Origin: Spongiibacteraceae bacterium
GTDB lineage: Bacteria > Pseudomonadota > Gammaproteobacteria > Pseudomonadales > Dasaniaceae
Direction of reading: 5' to 3'
NCBI GenBank assembly: GCA_028280715.1
Contig: JANQLG010000012.1
Span: 62,211-126,210, forward strand
DNA length: 64,000 nt
The position numbers were made by a program, and so were the translations under genes. Positions 9,770 through 19,660 of the stretch are shown here, piece by piece (positions within the stretch are counted from its first letter, which is position 1; each line of letters starts with the position of its first letter). The notes below the pieces were generated by a model. That model searched no databases. It had not been told where the DNA came from and saw only the letters and a program-made list of their open reading frames with translations.

Positions 9770-12700
9770 GTGATCTTCAAACTGCTGAGCAACGTCAGGG
9801 TAGTCGCTCTCTTCACTGCCTTAATTGTGGTCGCAGGTTTAGCTGCACTCAGTGAATTGCCTCGCACCGAAGACCCGGAACTGGCTATTCGCTTTGGCAC
9901 TATTCTCACCAACTTCCCTGGCGCTGATGCCGAACGAGTAGAATCTTTAATTACCGAACCCATTGAACATGAAATGCGTACCCTGCCCGAAGTTGGTAAT
10001 GTCGCTTCTTCATCTTCATTCGGATTATCCGTTGTAACCATTGAACTTGAGGACTCACTCAAGCCCTCTGAGTTGGATAGAGCATGGTCTGAAGTCCAGG
10101 AAGAATTGGATTTGGTAATCGGTAAATTGCCCTCTGATGCCTCCAAGCCATTTCTCGATAAAGACCGTTTTTCCGCGGTGACTATGGTGTTTGGATTGAC
10201 ACTCGAAGACACAGACAATCGAGAGTCGGAACATTATATTTCACAACTTAGCCGATACGCCGAAGATCTTGAAAGTGTTTTACTCTCGGTAAAAGGCACG
10301 GAATACGTCATCATCATTGGCGACCCCGGCGAAGAAATTATCGTAGAACTGGATATGGGCAAAGTGATATCCAGCGGTTTAAGTGTGACGGAAATTAGCA
10401 ACCGAGTTGCCCTCGCAGACACTAAAGTATCCGCAGGTTCAATCAACGGCGCAGGCCATCGCATTGCCATTGAAGTAGCCGGTAGCTTTGAAGACCTGGA
10501 ACGATTAAGACGCATTCCTTTAGTAGTCGGTAGCGAAGGTGTATTGATGCTCGGTGATATTGCCACCATACAACGCTTACCCGTCAACCCTGCTACCGGT
10601 TATGCGTTACTTTCAGGTCAGCGCGGTATCGCCGTGGGCGCACGCATGGACAGCAATATGCGTAGCGACATATGGCGAGAACGAATCTTGAAACGCGTAG
10701 ACAGTTATCAACAAACATTGCCTTCCAATGTGAAGGTTGAAATGATTTTCAATCAGGAAGAATACACAAATACCCGACTTCGTTCGCTGATCATTAATGT
10801 CATGATTGGCTTTTCACTGATCGTAGCCGTGCTGATGTTGTCACTAGGCTGGTGCTCCGCGCTGATTGTCGCCATCTCGTTACCACTCACTGCATTATTT
10901 GCCCTTGCTGCGTTGAATACCTTTGAACGCACAATCGATCAAATGACTGTCACCGGCTTAATTATTGCGTTAGGAATCATGGTAGATAACTCTATCGTCA
11001 TGGCAGATACCGTAGCACGATATCGAGCGACCGGTTTATCTATGTTCGAAGCACAGAAAAAAGCTGTTCAGCATTTGTGGATGCCACTACTAGGATCAAC
11101 ACTCACCACTATTTTTGCTTTTTTACCGATGATTCTTCAACCCGGTCCAGTTGGCGAATTTATTTCCGGTATTGGTGTTGCTGTGACCGCTTCACTAACC
11201 GGTTCATTCTTAATATCACAAATCTTCGTCGCGAGTTTAGCTGCACGCTTTTTAAACACGACTGCAGAGCGCAATGGCCATTGGTACACGGCAGGCATAA
11301 AAATTAAAAGCGCCGCTACTTTTTTACGCAATATAATTTTTAACGCCCTGTTAAAACCCTGGAAAACCAGCGCCATTATTTTTCTGGTTCCCATAACCGG
11401 TTTCTATACAGCAATGCAATTACCGACGGAGTTTTTCCCCGCTTCAGACCGGGACATGTTTAATCTGGAAATCAGATTGTCCGGCTCAAGCAATGCACAA
11501 GCAACACGTACACTGGTCGAACGCGTTGACGCAGTCATAGCCAATGATCCTGATATCGAATCACTGCATTGGTTTATAGGCAGTAACGCTCCCAAGGTGT
11601 ACTACAACCTGCCCTTTAATGCTGATGGTGCACAAAATTATGCACAGGCGATGATCAAAATGACGGATTTTAAAACCGCCAATCGCCGCGTACCGGAACT
11701 TCAAAAACAACTGGATCAATTATTCCCTGAAGCACAATTTATTATCAGGCGCTTTCAACAAGGACCGCCCTTTGCCCCTATCGAAGTGCGAGTAAAAGGC
11801 CCAGAGATTGAACAGCTCGCGCTTATCGGTGAAGACATTAAGCAACGTCTACTATCAATCAACGGTATTACCCAAAGTAGCGCCTCCATGTCTCAGGGTG
11901 TACCGAAAGCCACGATTATGGCTGATGAAGGCATTCTACGCAGCATTGGTTTAGCATTAGGCAATACTGCCACACAAACAGTCGCGGCTACCGATGGGCT
12001 GATTCAATCGCAAATACTAGAGGATACCCAATCCTTACCGATACGTGTTCGCGCCAGCGATTTTAAGCAGGATGATGGCGAACTATTAATGGACTTTCCC
12101 CTTATTGGCGCAAGGCAAGATTCCAGTGGGCTATACGGCACACCACTTTCATCATTAGCCAATGTGGTATATATCCCCGTGCGTAATTCCATAAGCCGCT
12201 GGAATGGACAACGCACGAATACGATAACAGCCTATTTGCAAGATGGATTACTGCCCAGCGAAATGTTGAGCATCTTTGTTGCGGATTTAGAAAAAAATCC
12301 ACTCACACTACCTCCGGGCTATACACTGGAATATGGTGGTGAAGCACAGGAAAGCGGTGACGCCATAGGTGGACTGTTAGGGAAAGTCGGGCTGATCATT
12401 ATTCTTATGATTATCTCTATTGTGATGGCATTTAATTCATTCCGCCTCACTAGTGTAATTATGCTGGTTGCCGTGATGGCAGCCGGATTAGGTATGCTGT
12501 CTCTAGGTATATCCGGTTATCCCTTTGGCTTTACCTCCATATTGGGCATCATGGCTATGATAGGGCTCGCAATTAACGCCGCTATCGTCATTATTGCTGA
12601 ATGTCGATCAAGTGCAGAAGCGAGTAAAGGAAATAAAGAAGCTATCGTTGATTCGGTCATGAATTGTTCAAGGCATATCACCTCCACCACCATCACCACT

Positions 12701-12901
12701 ATTATGGGTTTTATGCCGTTGTTAATTGCTGGCGGTGGTTTCTGGCCTCCCTTTGCTATCGTTGTCGCCGGCGGAACATTACTCACCACAATGTTATCGT
12801 TAATTTTAGTACCGATATTATTTTCAAAAATAGCCGCAAGACGTGCATTTCCAGCAGTAGATCACGAAGGGCAATCGTTATTGCTCGAAGATGGTGTTTA
12901 A
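9770..12901 (+). CDS. RND-family efflux transporter permease (AcrB/HAE-like)
   Basis: 1043 aa with 12-TM architecture and two large periplasmic loops. GTG start. No outer-membrane factor gene is adjacent. Confidence 0.85.
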   Translation: MIFKLLSNVRVVALFTALIVVAGLAALSELPRTEDPELAIRFGTILTNFPGADAERVESLITEPIEHEMRTLPEVGNVASSSSFGLSVVTIELEDSLKPSELDRAWSEVQEELDLVIGKLPSDASKPFLDKDRFSAVTMVFGLTLEDTDNRESEHYISQLSRYAEDLESVLLSVKGTEYVIIIGDPGEEIIVELDMGKVISSGLSVTEISNRVALADTKVSAGSINGAGHRIAIEVAGSFEDLERLRRIPLVVGSEGVLMLGDIATIQRLPVNPATGYALLSGQRGIAVGARMDSNMRSDIWRERILKRVDSYQQTLPSNVKVEMIFNQEEYTNTRLRSLIINVMIGFSLIVAVLMLSLGWCSALIVAISLPLTALFALAALNTFERTIDQMTVTGLIIALGIMVDNSIVMADTVARYRATGLSMFEAQKKAVQHLWMPLLGSTLTTIFAFLPMILQPGPVGEFISGIGVAVTASLTGSFLISQIFVASLAARFLNTTAERNGHWYTAGIKIKSAATFLRNIIFNALLKPWKTSAIIFLVPITGFYTAMQLPTEFFPASDRDMFNLEIRLSGSSNAQATRTLVERVDAVIANDPDIESLHWFIGSNAPKVYYNLPFNADGAQNYAQAMIKMTDFKTANRRVPELQKQLDQLFPEAQFIIRRFQQGPPFAPIEVRVKGPEIEQLALIGEDIKQRLLSINGITQSSASMSQGVPKATIMADEGILRSIGLALGNTATQTVAATDGLIQSQILEDTQSLPIRVRASDFKQDDGELLMDFPLIGARQDSSGLYGTPLSSLANVVYIPVRNSISRWNGQRTNTITAYLQDGLLPSEMLSIFVADLEKNPLTLPPGYTLEYGGEAQESGDAIGGLLGKVGLIIILMIISIVMAFNSFRLTSVIMLVAVMAAGLGMLSLGISGYPFGFTSILGIMAMIGLAINAAIVIIAECRSSAEASKGNKEAIVDSVMNCSRHITSTTITTIMGFMPLLIAGGGFWPPFAIVVAGGTLLTTMLSLILVPILFSKIAARRAFPAVDHEGQSLLLEDGV

Positions 12902-13675
12902 TCTTCCCGCCAGGCGAATACCTGCCTTCAGTAATTGCTGGTTAAGCGTATTAATATTGTTATCGCTATAGTTAAAGCCGAGATTTATAACTCCATTGCT
13001 CTGCTCATCAAAATCATAAACCTGCTTACGCAAAGCTTTGGACTCTTTGGCGTAATCGAGATAAGTCGCTAATTGCCATTTAATGATTTCTTCTTCATTA
13101 GCATGATCAATAAAATCAACATACTCGCTGTAGCTCAGTTGCTGCCCTTCAATTAACTGCGTATCCCATACACGATGCAGGTTTGACGGCTTGCCAAACC
13201 ATTTAACAGCAATATTATTCCCTCCCCTATCATCTCGCCGACCCACATGCAGAGGCTGATGAATATCGGCGATAAAATGCACATAAAAGGCCAAAGCTTG
13301 CCAGCGTTTTTCACCCTTCACTTCAGGATTTCGCAGTTGACTTTCAAAACGCTGCAGCGCGTCCAGCACATCACCTCTATTACTACGCTTAAAATTTTCT
13401 ATTGTTTCATGATCATCGATAGATATGTAATGCCAAGGCTTAGCTCTATCCCAGTTTTTATCTGATCGAATAGCATCAGGCCATGTAGATAACTGCGCTA
13501 GCGATCGACCATTAGTAATCAACATGATCTCCTGAAGCACTTTAGGTGTGAGATGATTTTCGGCAATTTGCGCAACGATGCGATGGCCATTTTTGCCAAA
13601 GCTGTAGACAGGAGAATGCCCAAAAAGTAAAAGACTAAAAAAGATACAGCTTATAATTAATCGTATCCGGAACAT
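12878..13675 (-). CDS. S1/P1-family secreted nuclease
   Basis: Signal peptide followed by the mature N-terminus FGKNGHRIVAQIAENHL. Histidine/aspartate metal ligands (FIADIHQPLHVG, NLHRVWD) are typical of S1/P1 nucleases. Confidence 0.8.
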   Translation of the reverse strand: MFRIRLIISCIFFSLLLFGHSPVYSFGKNGHRIVAQIAENHLTPKVLQEIMLITNGRSLAQLSTWPDAIRSDKNWDRAKPWHYISIDDHETIENFKRSNRGDVLDALQRFESQLRNPEVKGEKRWQALAFYVHFIADIHQPLHVGRRDDRGGNNIAVKWFGKPSNLHRVWDTQLIEGQQLSYSEYVDFIDHANEEEIIKWQLATYLDYAKESKALRKQVYDFDEQSNGVINLGFNYSDNNINTLNQQLLKAGIRLAGRLNTIFEQ

Positions 13676-13711
13676 AGAAAACCCTAGACCGGTGTATTTT
13701 CCAAATTCACA

Positions 13712-15082
13712 CTACCCTTTTACAGTTTGCCAAGGGCCTGTAATAGCTAACGTTTTCGCCGGAGAATAAATATTTACAAACATTGTATTTCCGTCTGCAG
13801 AAAAACATGCACCAGCAGTTTCAGTTCGTAGCTTCAGATGAGCAAATGGGTACACCTTTCCCTTTGGAGAAACTCCGCGCATATAATTGTTTATATCGCT
13901 ACCATATTGATCTTCACATACCAGCAAATGCCCTTGCGGCGTAACAGTTAAATTGTCACCAAAGTTGTATAAGGATTTATCAGTACTTTCCAAAAATAGC
14001 TGAATACGGCCAGGCTTATCCGTTTCCTCTGCTTTGCCCTCATAAACAGAAGGCTGGTAACGCATAATTTGGCCATATTTCGCAGCGCCGCCACTGGTAC
14101 AACAAAAATACAATTCGTTGTCTGCCCAGTGAATACCTTCTCCACGAGCGAAAACAGCAGCACCATCAGCAAACCCTCGTTGACGCAAATCATCTTCAGG
14201 GCTCTCTGGGTTCGATAAATCAATCCATTGTGTATTGAACCATTGATTAACTGACATATTGACTGACGACCAGTTACGGCTATCGAATTGTTTTTGCTGT
14301 GTTAACACCAACGCCTGCAATTTTCCACCTTTAGCCAGCTTGCCGTATTCATTCGGAATAAAACGATAAAACAGACTATCACTACGATCTTCCGTTAAAT
14401 ATACGATACCAGTTTTAGGATCAACTGCCGCCGCTTCGTGATTAAAACGCCCCATGGCTGTAAGAGGCAGTGGATCAATCAAGCCATTGGTATTTGCACT
14501 TACTTCAAATATATAGCCATGCGATTTACCGATACCAGATTCCGGGGTAGCCACTGATTCTTCGCAAGTCAACCAGCTGCCCCACGGCGTAATGCCACCA
14601 GCACAATTACGAATAGTACCGATCAAACTTAAAAATTCCTTCTCGGTCTGCCCAGTTTTGAGATTGTAAATAATATTACTGGTGCCACCAGGAAGTGCGA
14701 CACCATCTGCAAAACTGTCAAACGCTTTATCACTCTTAAAGTTTTTAAACATTGAGTCAGAATTTTTCAAATGCTTTGGATCGAGTTCATGATTACGAAT
14801 TAAAACCACTCGTTCAGAATCTAACTGAAAACACCCCATCCCATCAGCACGATTTGGCACGGGGAACCCATCCGACATTTTATCGCCTAACTGGGAGATG
14901 ATTTTATAGCTAAAGCCCGCAGGTAAATCGAGCAGCTTGCTAGGGTCTGGAATCAAAGGACCATACCCTTCAGCAGAGGCTAACTGGATTTCCGCTGTTG
15001 CGGTTTTACCCATAAAACTAGTAGCCAAACCAGTGAAGGCCATAGCACCGGCACCTAATGTAAATTGTCGCCTGGATAGCAT
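13712..15082 (-). CDS. PhoX-like/DUF839 beta-propeller phosphatase with Tat signal
   Basis: Twin-arginine signal MLSRRQFTLGAGAMAF. The body resembles the PhoX/DUF839 family. Confidence 0.6.
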   Translation of the reverse strand: MLSRRQFTLGAGAMAFTGLATSFMGKTATAEIQLASAEGYGPLIPDPSKLLDLPAGFSYKIISQLGDKMSDGFPVPNRADGMGCFQLDSERVVLIRNHELDPKHLKNSDSMFKNFKSDKAFDSFADGVALPGGTSNIIYNLKTGQTEKEFLSLIGTIRNCAGGITPWGSWLTCEESVATPESGIGKSHGYIFEVSANTNGLIDPLPLTAMGRFNHEAAAVDPKTGIVYLTEDRSDSLFYRFIPNEYGKLAKGGKLQALVLTQQKQFDSRNWSSVNMSVNQWFNTQWIDLSNPESPEDDLRQRGFADGAAVFARGEGIHWADNELYFCCTSGGAAKYGQIMRYQPSVYEGKAEETDKPGRIQLFLESTDKSLYNFGDNLTVTPQGHLLVCEDQYGSDINNYMRGVSPKGKVYPFAHLKLRTETAGACFSADGNTMFVNIYSPAKTLAITGPWQTVKG

Positions 15083-15309
15083 TATTACTGCCCTCGGAAA
15101 TGATGGTGTAGAAATTAGCGAATGCTATATATTACTTTGACAATATTTCATTAAAAAGTCTCATTTTTATTAAAATAAAGACCTTACATTTAACAAAACT
15201 TTCAATGCCTGTAGCAAGTTTAAAATTGATATTTACTAGTATATGCATAAGCAAAGTGAGTATAAAAGATAACCCGCTATATATATCATTGATCACACTA
15301 TGATGTAAT

Positions 15310-15540
15310 TTATTTTTTGGCACGAAAAAAACCTGACTGGGAGATCAAAACAATACCTGTGCTTATACATAAAAAACCCAATAATATGGTGGTAGAAGAC
15401 GACGTTTCTGTCGACTTAAAATCAGCCCTGCTATGATTGTGCAAGGTTATTGACTCTCCGGAATTACCTTTTATACCCGCCCCAAAACCAATAATAATTA
15501 GAAAAATACCAGCAATAAATTTTGATAAATCTCTTCTCAT
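15310..15540 (-). CDS. Small two-helix membrane protein (hypothetical)
   Basis: 76-aa hydrophobic ORF in an AT-rich spacer. No further support. Confidence 0.3.
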   Translation of the reverse strand: MRRDLSKFIAGIFLIIIGFGAGIKGNSGESITLHNHSRADFKSTETSSSTTILLGFLCISTGIVLISQSGFFRAKK

Positions 15541-15743
15541 AACAATTGACTTATTAAATATATTAGAAAGTTATGGCAATGGCAGCACCCGAGCCATCAT
15601 CCCCGCCTATAACACCGAAGCCCATAATCAATAAAATAGTTATGGTAAACCAGTTTCTCTGATTTTCCGCCAGGGCGTTTTTAAGAACTTACGCTTTTTT
15701 CTTTGCTCTTGCTTCCTGCTTATTTTCTAGCGCCAATTAACCA

Positions 15744-16712
15744 TCAAGTTAAAAAACGTAAAAAGACACAACGTTTTGGTATTCTTATTGAGCCTTTTTC
15801 TAGCCCATTGTTATTCAAACAGGTTAACTCCGGCCTATTAGGTAGGTCTTTCGGCAGTTTAACATTCCAGACCAAACCAATATTCATTAAACGGTTTAAA
15901 ACCCACCAACCCGGATCTGGTTGATGATGATAAATACCAAGAATTGCCGAACCAGGATACGCGTGATGATTATTATGCCAGGATTCTCCCATAGTTAAAT
16001 ACGCGGCAAATGGAACATTATGACCTTGAACTGCAGAGCCAATAATATGCCAATCTCTCTGACCCTGATTATGCGCAAAATAACCAATTAACCAATGCCC
16101 TGTGACAGAAACGGCTATTCTCGCCGAAACTCCCCATATGACCCAAGGCATACCGCCAAAGTAAAAAAATACGGCAACCCATGGAAGCTGCTGTAGCATC
16201 CAGGTTTTTTCCATAAAGTGATAAACCCCATCTTTCTCTATTCTTTTTTCTATAACAAATGTTGGAGGATGCCTGAGTTCTAAATCACAGTTTAATTGCC
16301 ACCATCCATCACGTAAAAAACCTTCACCGTGGCGCAGGTAACGATGACATTTGTTTTTTCGTTGCGCCCAGTCTCTTAAATCATGTTGTTGAACCATACC
16401 AAAGGGACCAGCCATTCCAACTAGCACGCCCAAATACACAAATAAATATTCCATCCATTTAGGGCATTCGTAACTGTTGTGAATCAGCCTTCTGTGCATT
16501 CCCAGTGAATGCCCCAGACACAATGTTAAAGCCGTCAATATGACAAAGACTAAAAATGCAGACCAGTTAAAAAATAGGCAACCACCTATAATAGCAACTA
16601 TTAAATGACCTAAATACCAAATGGATTTAACGGGAGACCATCTCACAACACCATCTTCGGCATTAGTCAGAATACTTTCTTGCATTCTGGGCGTTTCATT
16701 ATTTGTATCCAT
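15744..16712 (-). CDS. Membrane fatty-acid (acyl-CoA/acyl-lipid, delta-9-type) desaturase
   Basis: Three histidine boxes are present: HSLGMHRRLIH, HNQGQRDWH-type and WHNNHHAYP. Confidence 0.75.
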   Translation of the reverse strand: MDTNNETPRMQESILTNAEDGVVRWSPVKSIWYLGHLIVAIIGGCLFFNWSAFLVFVILTALTLCLGHSLGMHRRLIHNSYECPKWMEYLFVYLGVLVGMAGPFGMVQQHDLRDWAQRKNKCHRYLRHGEGFLRDGWWQLNCDLELRHPPTFVIEKRIEKDGVYHFMEKTWMLQQLPWVAVFFYFGGMPWVIWGVSARIAVSVTGHWLIGYFAHNQGQRDWHIIGSAVQGHNVPFAAYLTMGESWHNNHHAYPGSAILGIYHHQPDPGWWVLNRLMNIGLVWNVKLPKDLPNRPELTCLNNNGLEKGSIRIPKRCVFLRFLT

Positions 16713-16795
16713 ACGCTCTCTAACTTAACGGGAATTAGCCGCAAATATTTAAATTCACATACTCAACCTGATGATACGATGTAACTGTCAATAAC

Positions 16796-17453
16796 TTACT
16801 CTATCTCTCTAAAAACACCGGACTGTTCAAACATTATTCCTAGAAGAGGATGCTCAACATCAAGATCAAAGCGAAATCTTTCATTATCTAAAGCCGTTTG
16901 TACAACTACCGTTTTTCCCGGAGTCAACCAATGCGGAATGGGCACCTTAAAGCCCAACACATTGCAAAAAAAAACGCTGGCTTTCAAAACAAATAGCACC
17001 ATCTTTTTCTGAAACCTTTAAATACATACCAAAACCAAAACCTACCAACTCAACCAGCCCTGATTGTTCTTGAATACACTTCGTAGATTTCACACGATTT
17101 GTTTTGCTATTGGAGAAACGATAAAAACGATCCCAGGTCATGCCGTGTAAGATGGGATCAGGGTATACCTTCACGGTAATTGGCACATGCTAACCTTGAT
17201 AAAACGCCAGAGGAGCGCCAATCAATCTACATAGTTGCGCCCAAATACGTCCAACAGCAGACATCGACACAACATCCATAATGCCTTCATAAGTAGTTTC
17301 TCGATGAGCATACTCCGTACTGAAACGCTTCTGGATATCAGGATGCAACCTTGCCCACGCATCACACCCTAACAATGTTTTATAGTTAGCATGTTCACTG
17401 GCGCGGTTTTTTATCAGTTTTTTGGGCAAACCTGGTGGTGGGTTTCTAGTCAT
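16796..17453 (-). pseudogene. DUF4166-family gene disrupted by an in-frame TAG and a homopolymer frameshift
   Basis: Three consecutive ORFs (17190..17453, 16947..17186, 16796..17002) together resemble the intact paralog at 18595..19119. TAG at 17190..17192 is in frame with the next ORF. The frame changes within the A9 run at 16966..16974. Confidence 0.65.
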
Positions 17454-18574
17454 GACAACCTCCTTTGCTCAATACCCCATCGTGCCGCGATGACAAAAAA
17501 TTCTTTCAGGGTAAACAATCCCATGCATGGCATGGCTCCTGTAACCACCCCGCCCTTGGCCATCTTATTAATGATAATTTCTGCTGAAATGGTAGGAACA
17601 TTGGGGCCAAAACCATCCTCTGCAATTAACTGCCATACCAAGGTTTTGTTTTTATCCTCTTCGCTCACGCCTTTAAGCACCACAAACATACCGCCAGCAT
17701 CGCTGCCCCAACGCAAAAACCACTCACTCATCACAAACAGCCAATCGGTGTAAAGCGACCAATTGTTGACCAAACCTGCACGACTCAACCATGAAAGCCC
17801 CCATAACCCTAGATGCATCAATGTGACTTCCAGGCCAGCCTGAAAAGAAACATTCTTAATCATTGGATAACGCACAGGTAGTAGTGCTAGGTCAGGAATA
17901 TCACAATTGCTCATCCAACGCTTACCTAATGGCCGACCAAAATCATAACGATTAATATCCTGCCAGCCATAAATGGTTTTTTGTTGTCCATTACATAATG
18001 TGGAAAAGGGCTTTCCGGTATACGACAAAATAGAGGCGACTGTGGCTTTTCCTCGTTCGGTTTTATTACCCGGAGAAATACCAAAACGAATAGTTTCCAG
18101 AGACACAAACTCATCAATATATTCATCAATCACCGCCGCGGTTAATCCTGGCACTGTGCTGGCGCCACTGACAACCATCACACCTTGAGATTGAGCCTTA
18201 TCATTTAGCTGAGATATATTGGCAACGAAGGCACGATCATCAGCCAAATCAACATAGTGACAACCTATTTCAATACAAGCATTCGCCACTTTATATGCCT
18301 GGTCGTCGTCTCGTTGTGCATGAAAGGGACCGGAAGCATTAACCACAATGCTTGGACTAACTTGAGTTAACAGCTGCGCCAGATCATCCTTCAACACATC
18401 AACGGCAAAGCACTCAACGGTTTTACCAAAATCATTGATTAATTGTTGCTGAAACATCTTGGCTTTAGTCAATGAACGGCCAGCAATGGCAACTTCGTAG
18501 TCATAGTGCTCCACCAAACTCAGTACGAGCCTTTTACCAAAGTTGCCATAACCACCGATCACCAGAATTTTCAT
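17450..18574 (-). CDS. Saccharopine-dehydrogenase-like NAD(P)-binding oxidoreductase
   Basis: N-terminal Rossmann motif MKILVIGGYGNFGKRL. 374 aa. Its stop overlaps the downstream DUF4166 start (ATGA). Confidence 0.7.
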   Translation of the reverse strand: MKILVIGGYGNFGKRLVLSLVEHYDYEVAIAGRSLTKAKMFQQQLINDFGKTVECFAVDVLKDDLAQLLTQVSPSIVVNASGPFHAQRDDDQAYKVANACIEIGCHYVDLADDRAFVANISQLNDKAQSQGVMVVSGASTVPGLTAAVIDEYIDEFVSLETIRFGISPGNKTERGKATVASILSYTGKPFSTLCNGQQKTIYGWQDINRYDFGRPLGKRWMSNCDIPDLALLPVRYPMIKNVSFQAGLEVTLMHLGLWGLSWLSRAGLVNNWSLYTDWLFVMSEWFLRWGSDAGGMFVVLKGVSEEDKNKTLVWQLIAEDGFGPNVPTISAEIIINKMAKGGVVTGAMPCMGLFTLKEFFVIAARWGIEQRRLS

Positions 18575-18594
18575 ACTTCATCCTTTATTGACAT

Positions 18595-19119
18595 TTATTC
18601 ACTATCAATGAGCTGCAATTCACCTCCATAACGAATGACACTGCCGATCAGGAACATCGTGACGTTGACACTAAAACGATAACGCCCTTCATATTCTTGC
18701 TCATAGGCTATCACTTGTGGGCTGAATACATTTGGCATGGGAATTCCCCACAACCGTGTTTTGATAAATTGATAATGCAATGCCCGATCCTTTTCGATTG
18801 CTTTAAAGGACAACGCCAACGGGCCTAAATACTCAATAAGAAAATCACCGTCCTGAGTGAAATGGGATTCCACCTTCAGTCCATCGAAATTGCGTTTCCA
18901 GTGCATAGTGTTTTCTGTATGTTCACAGTCCACCGATAATTGCGCCTGCGGATTGGCTTTAGGAAACTGAAATAGTCGGCAAATAATTCTTGCCGCCCAA
19001 TTACCCTGCTGCACATTGGCAATACCCTCAATGCGCTGTTTGCCGTCATGCACTTGCTGTAACAAGGGAGATAAACGTTGAAAGGATTCCCCCATATGAG
19101 CCATCAACACACTAGCCAT
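18595..19119 (-). CDS. DUF4166 domain protein
   Basis: 174-aa ORF paired with a saccharopine-dehydrogenase-like gene, an arrangement I recall for this family. It is a paralog of the pseudogene at 16796..17453. Confidence 0.55.
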   Translation of the reverse strand: MASVLMAHMGESFQRLSPLLQQVHDGKQRIEGIANVQQGNWAARIICRLFQFPKANPQAQLSVDCEHTENTMHWKRNFDGLKVESHFTQDGDFLIEYLGPLALSFKAIEKDRALHYQFIKTRLWGIPMPNVFSPQVIAYEQEYEGRYRFSVNVTMFLIGSVIRYGGELQLIDSE

Positions 19120-19190
19120 TCAATAACTCCTTTTTAATTTCCAATACGGTTAATTGTCAGTAGCAAAAAATACCGCCGCCCTAAAGTCAG

Positions 19191-19634
19191 TTATGGCTTT
19201 TCACCACTGCTTTCCCCAATCAGAGGCTTTCCCTTTAGCCATAACAACAATCGCCTTAACCGAACGAAAAGGGGATACACCACTTTGGCAAGCTGGCGAT
19301 GACGCAGGATATTGCGATTAAGCCAACCCACAAAACCTTTGGCATCGCTGTGATTGGCAATCAAGCAAATGGCCTCATCACCAAAACAAAAACGGCCCTG
19401 GTAAAATACAATCGCACCCTGGTCGATATCCAGGCCATTAGCAGCGGCCGCTACCAATTCCTCAGGGTTGTGCCGACTATTGCGCACAGTGATATCGGAA
19501 TTATTCGTATCAATGGCACAAGCGAAGTGATTGCAAATAGGGCATTCTTTGTCGTACAAAACAACCATGGCCTCTCGCTTGTTCATCACTCTACTCACTT
19601 CATCCGTTTTAATTTCAGTCATTTCTGTCATCAC
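19191..19634 (-). CDS. DCC-family (DUF393) thiol-disulfide oxidoreductase
   Basis: N-terminal YDKECPICNHF (CxxC) motif characteristic of the DCC family. Confidence 0.6.
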   Translation of the reverse strand: MMTEMTEIKTDEVSRVMNKREAMVVLYDKECPICNHFACAIDTNNSDITVRNSRHNPEELVAAAANGLDIDQGAIVFYQGRFCFGDEAICLIANHSDAKGFVGWLNRNILRHRQLAKVVYPLFVRLRRLLLWLKGKPLIGESSGEKP

Positions 19635-19660
19635 AGAAATGTAATGGCAAATTTTTTTCG

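Noticed and set aside
15083-15743. Several tiny hydrophobic ORFs (15132..15323, 15437..15634, an unlisted peptide near 15560..15660) in an AT-rich spacer
   Set aside because: Only 15310..15540 looks remotely protein-like. The rest lack an RBS and have no supporting evidence, so coding cannot be supported.
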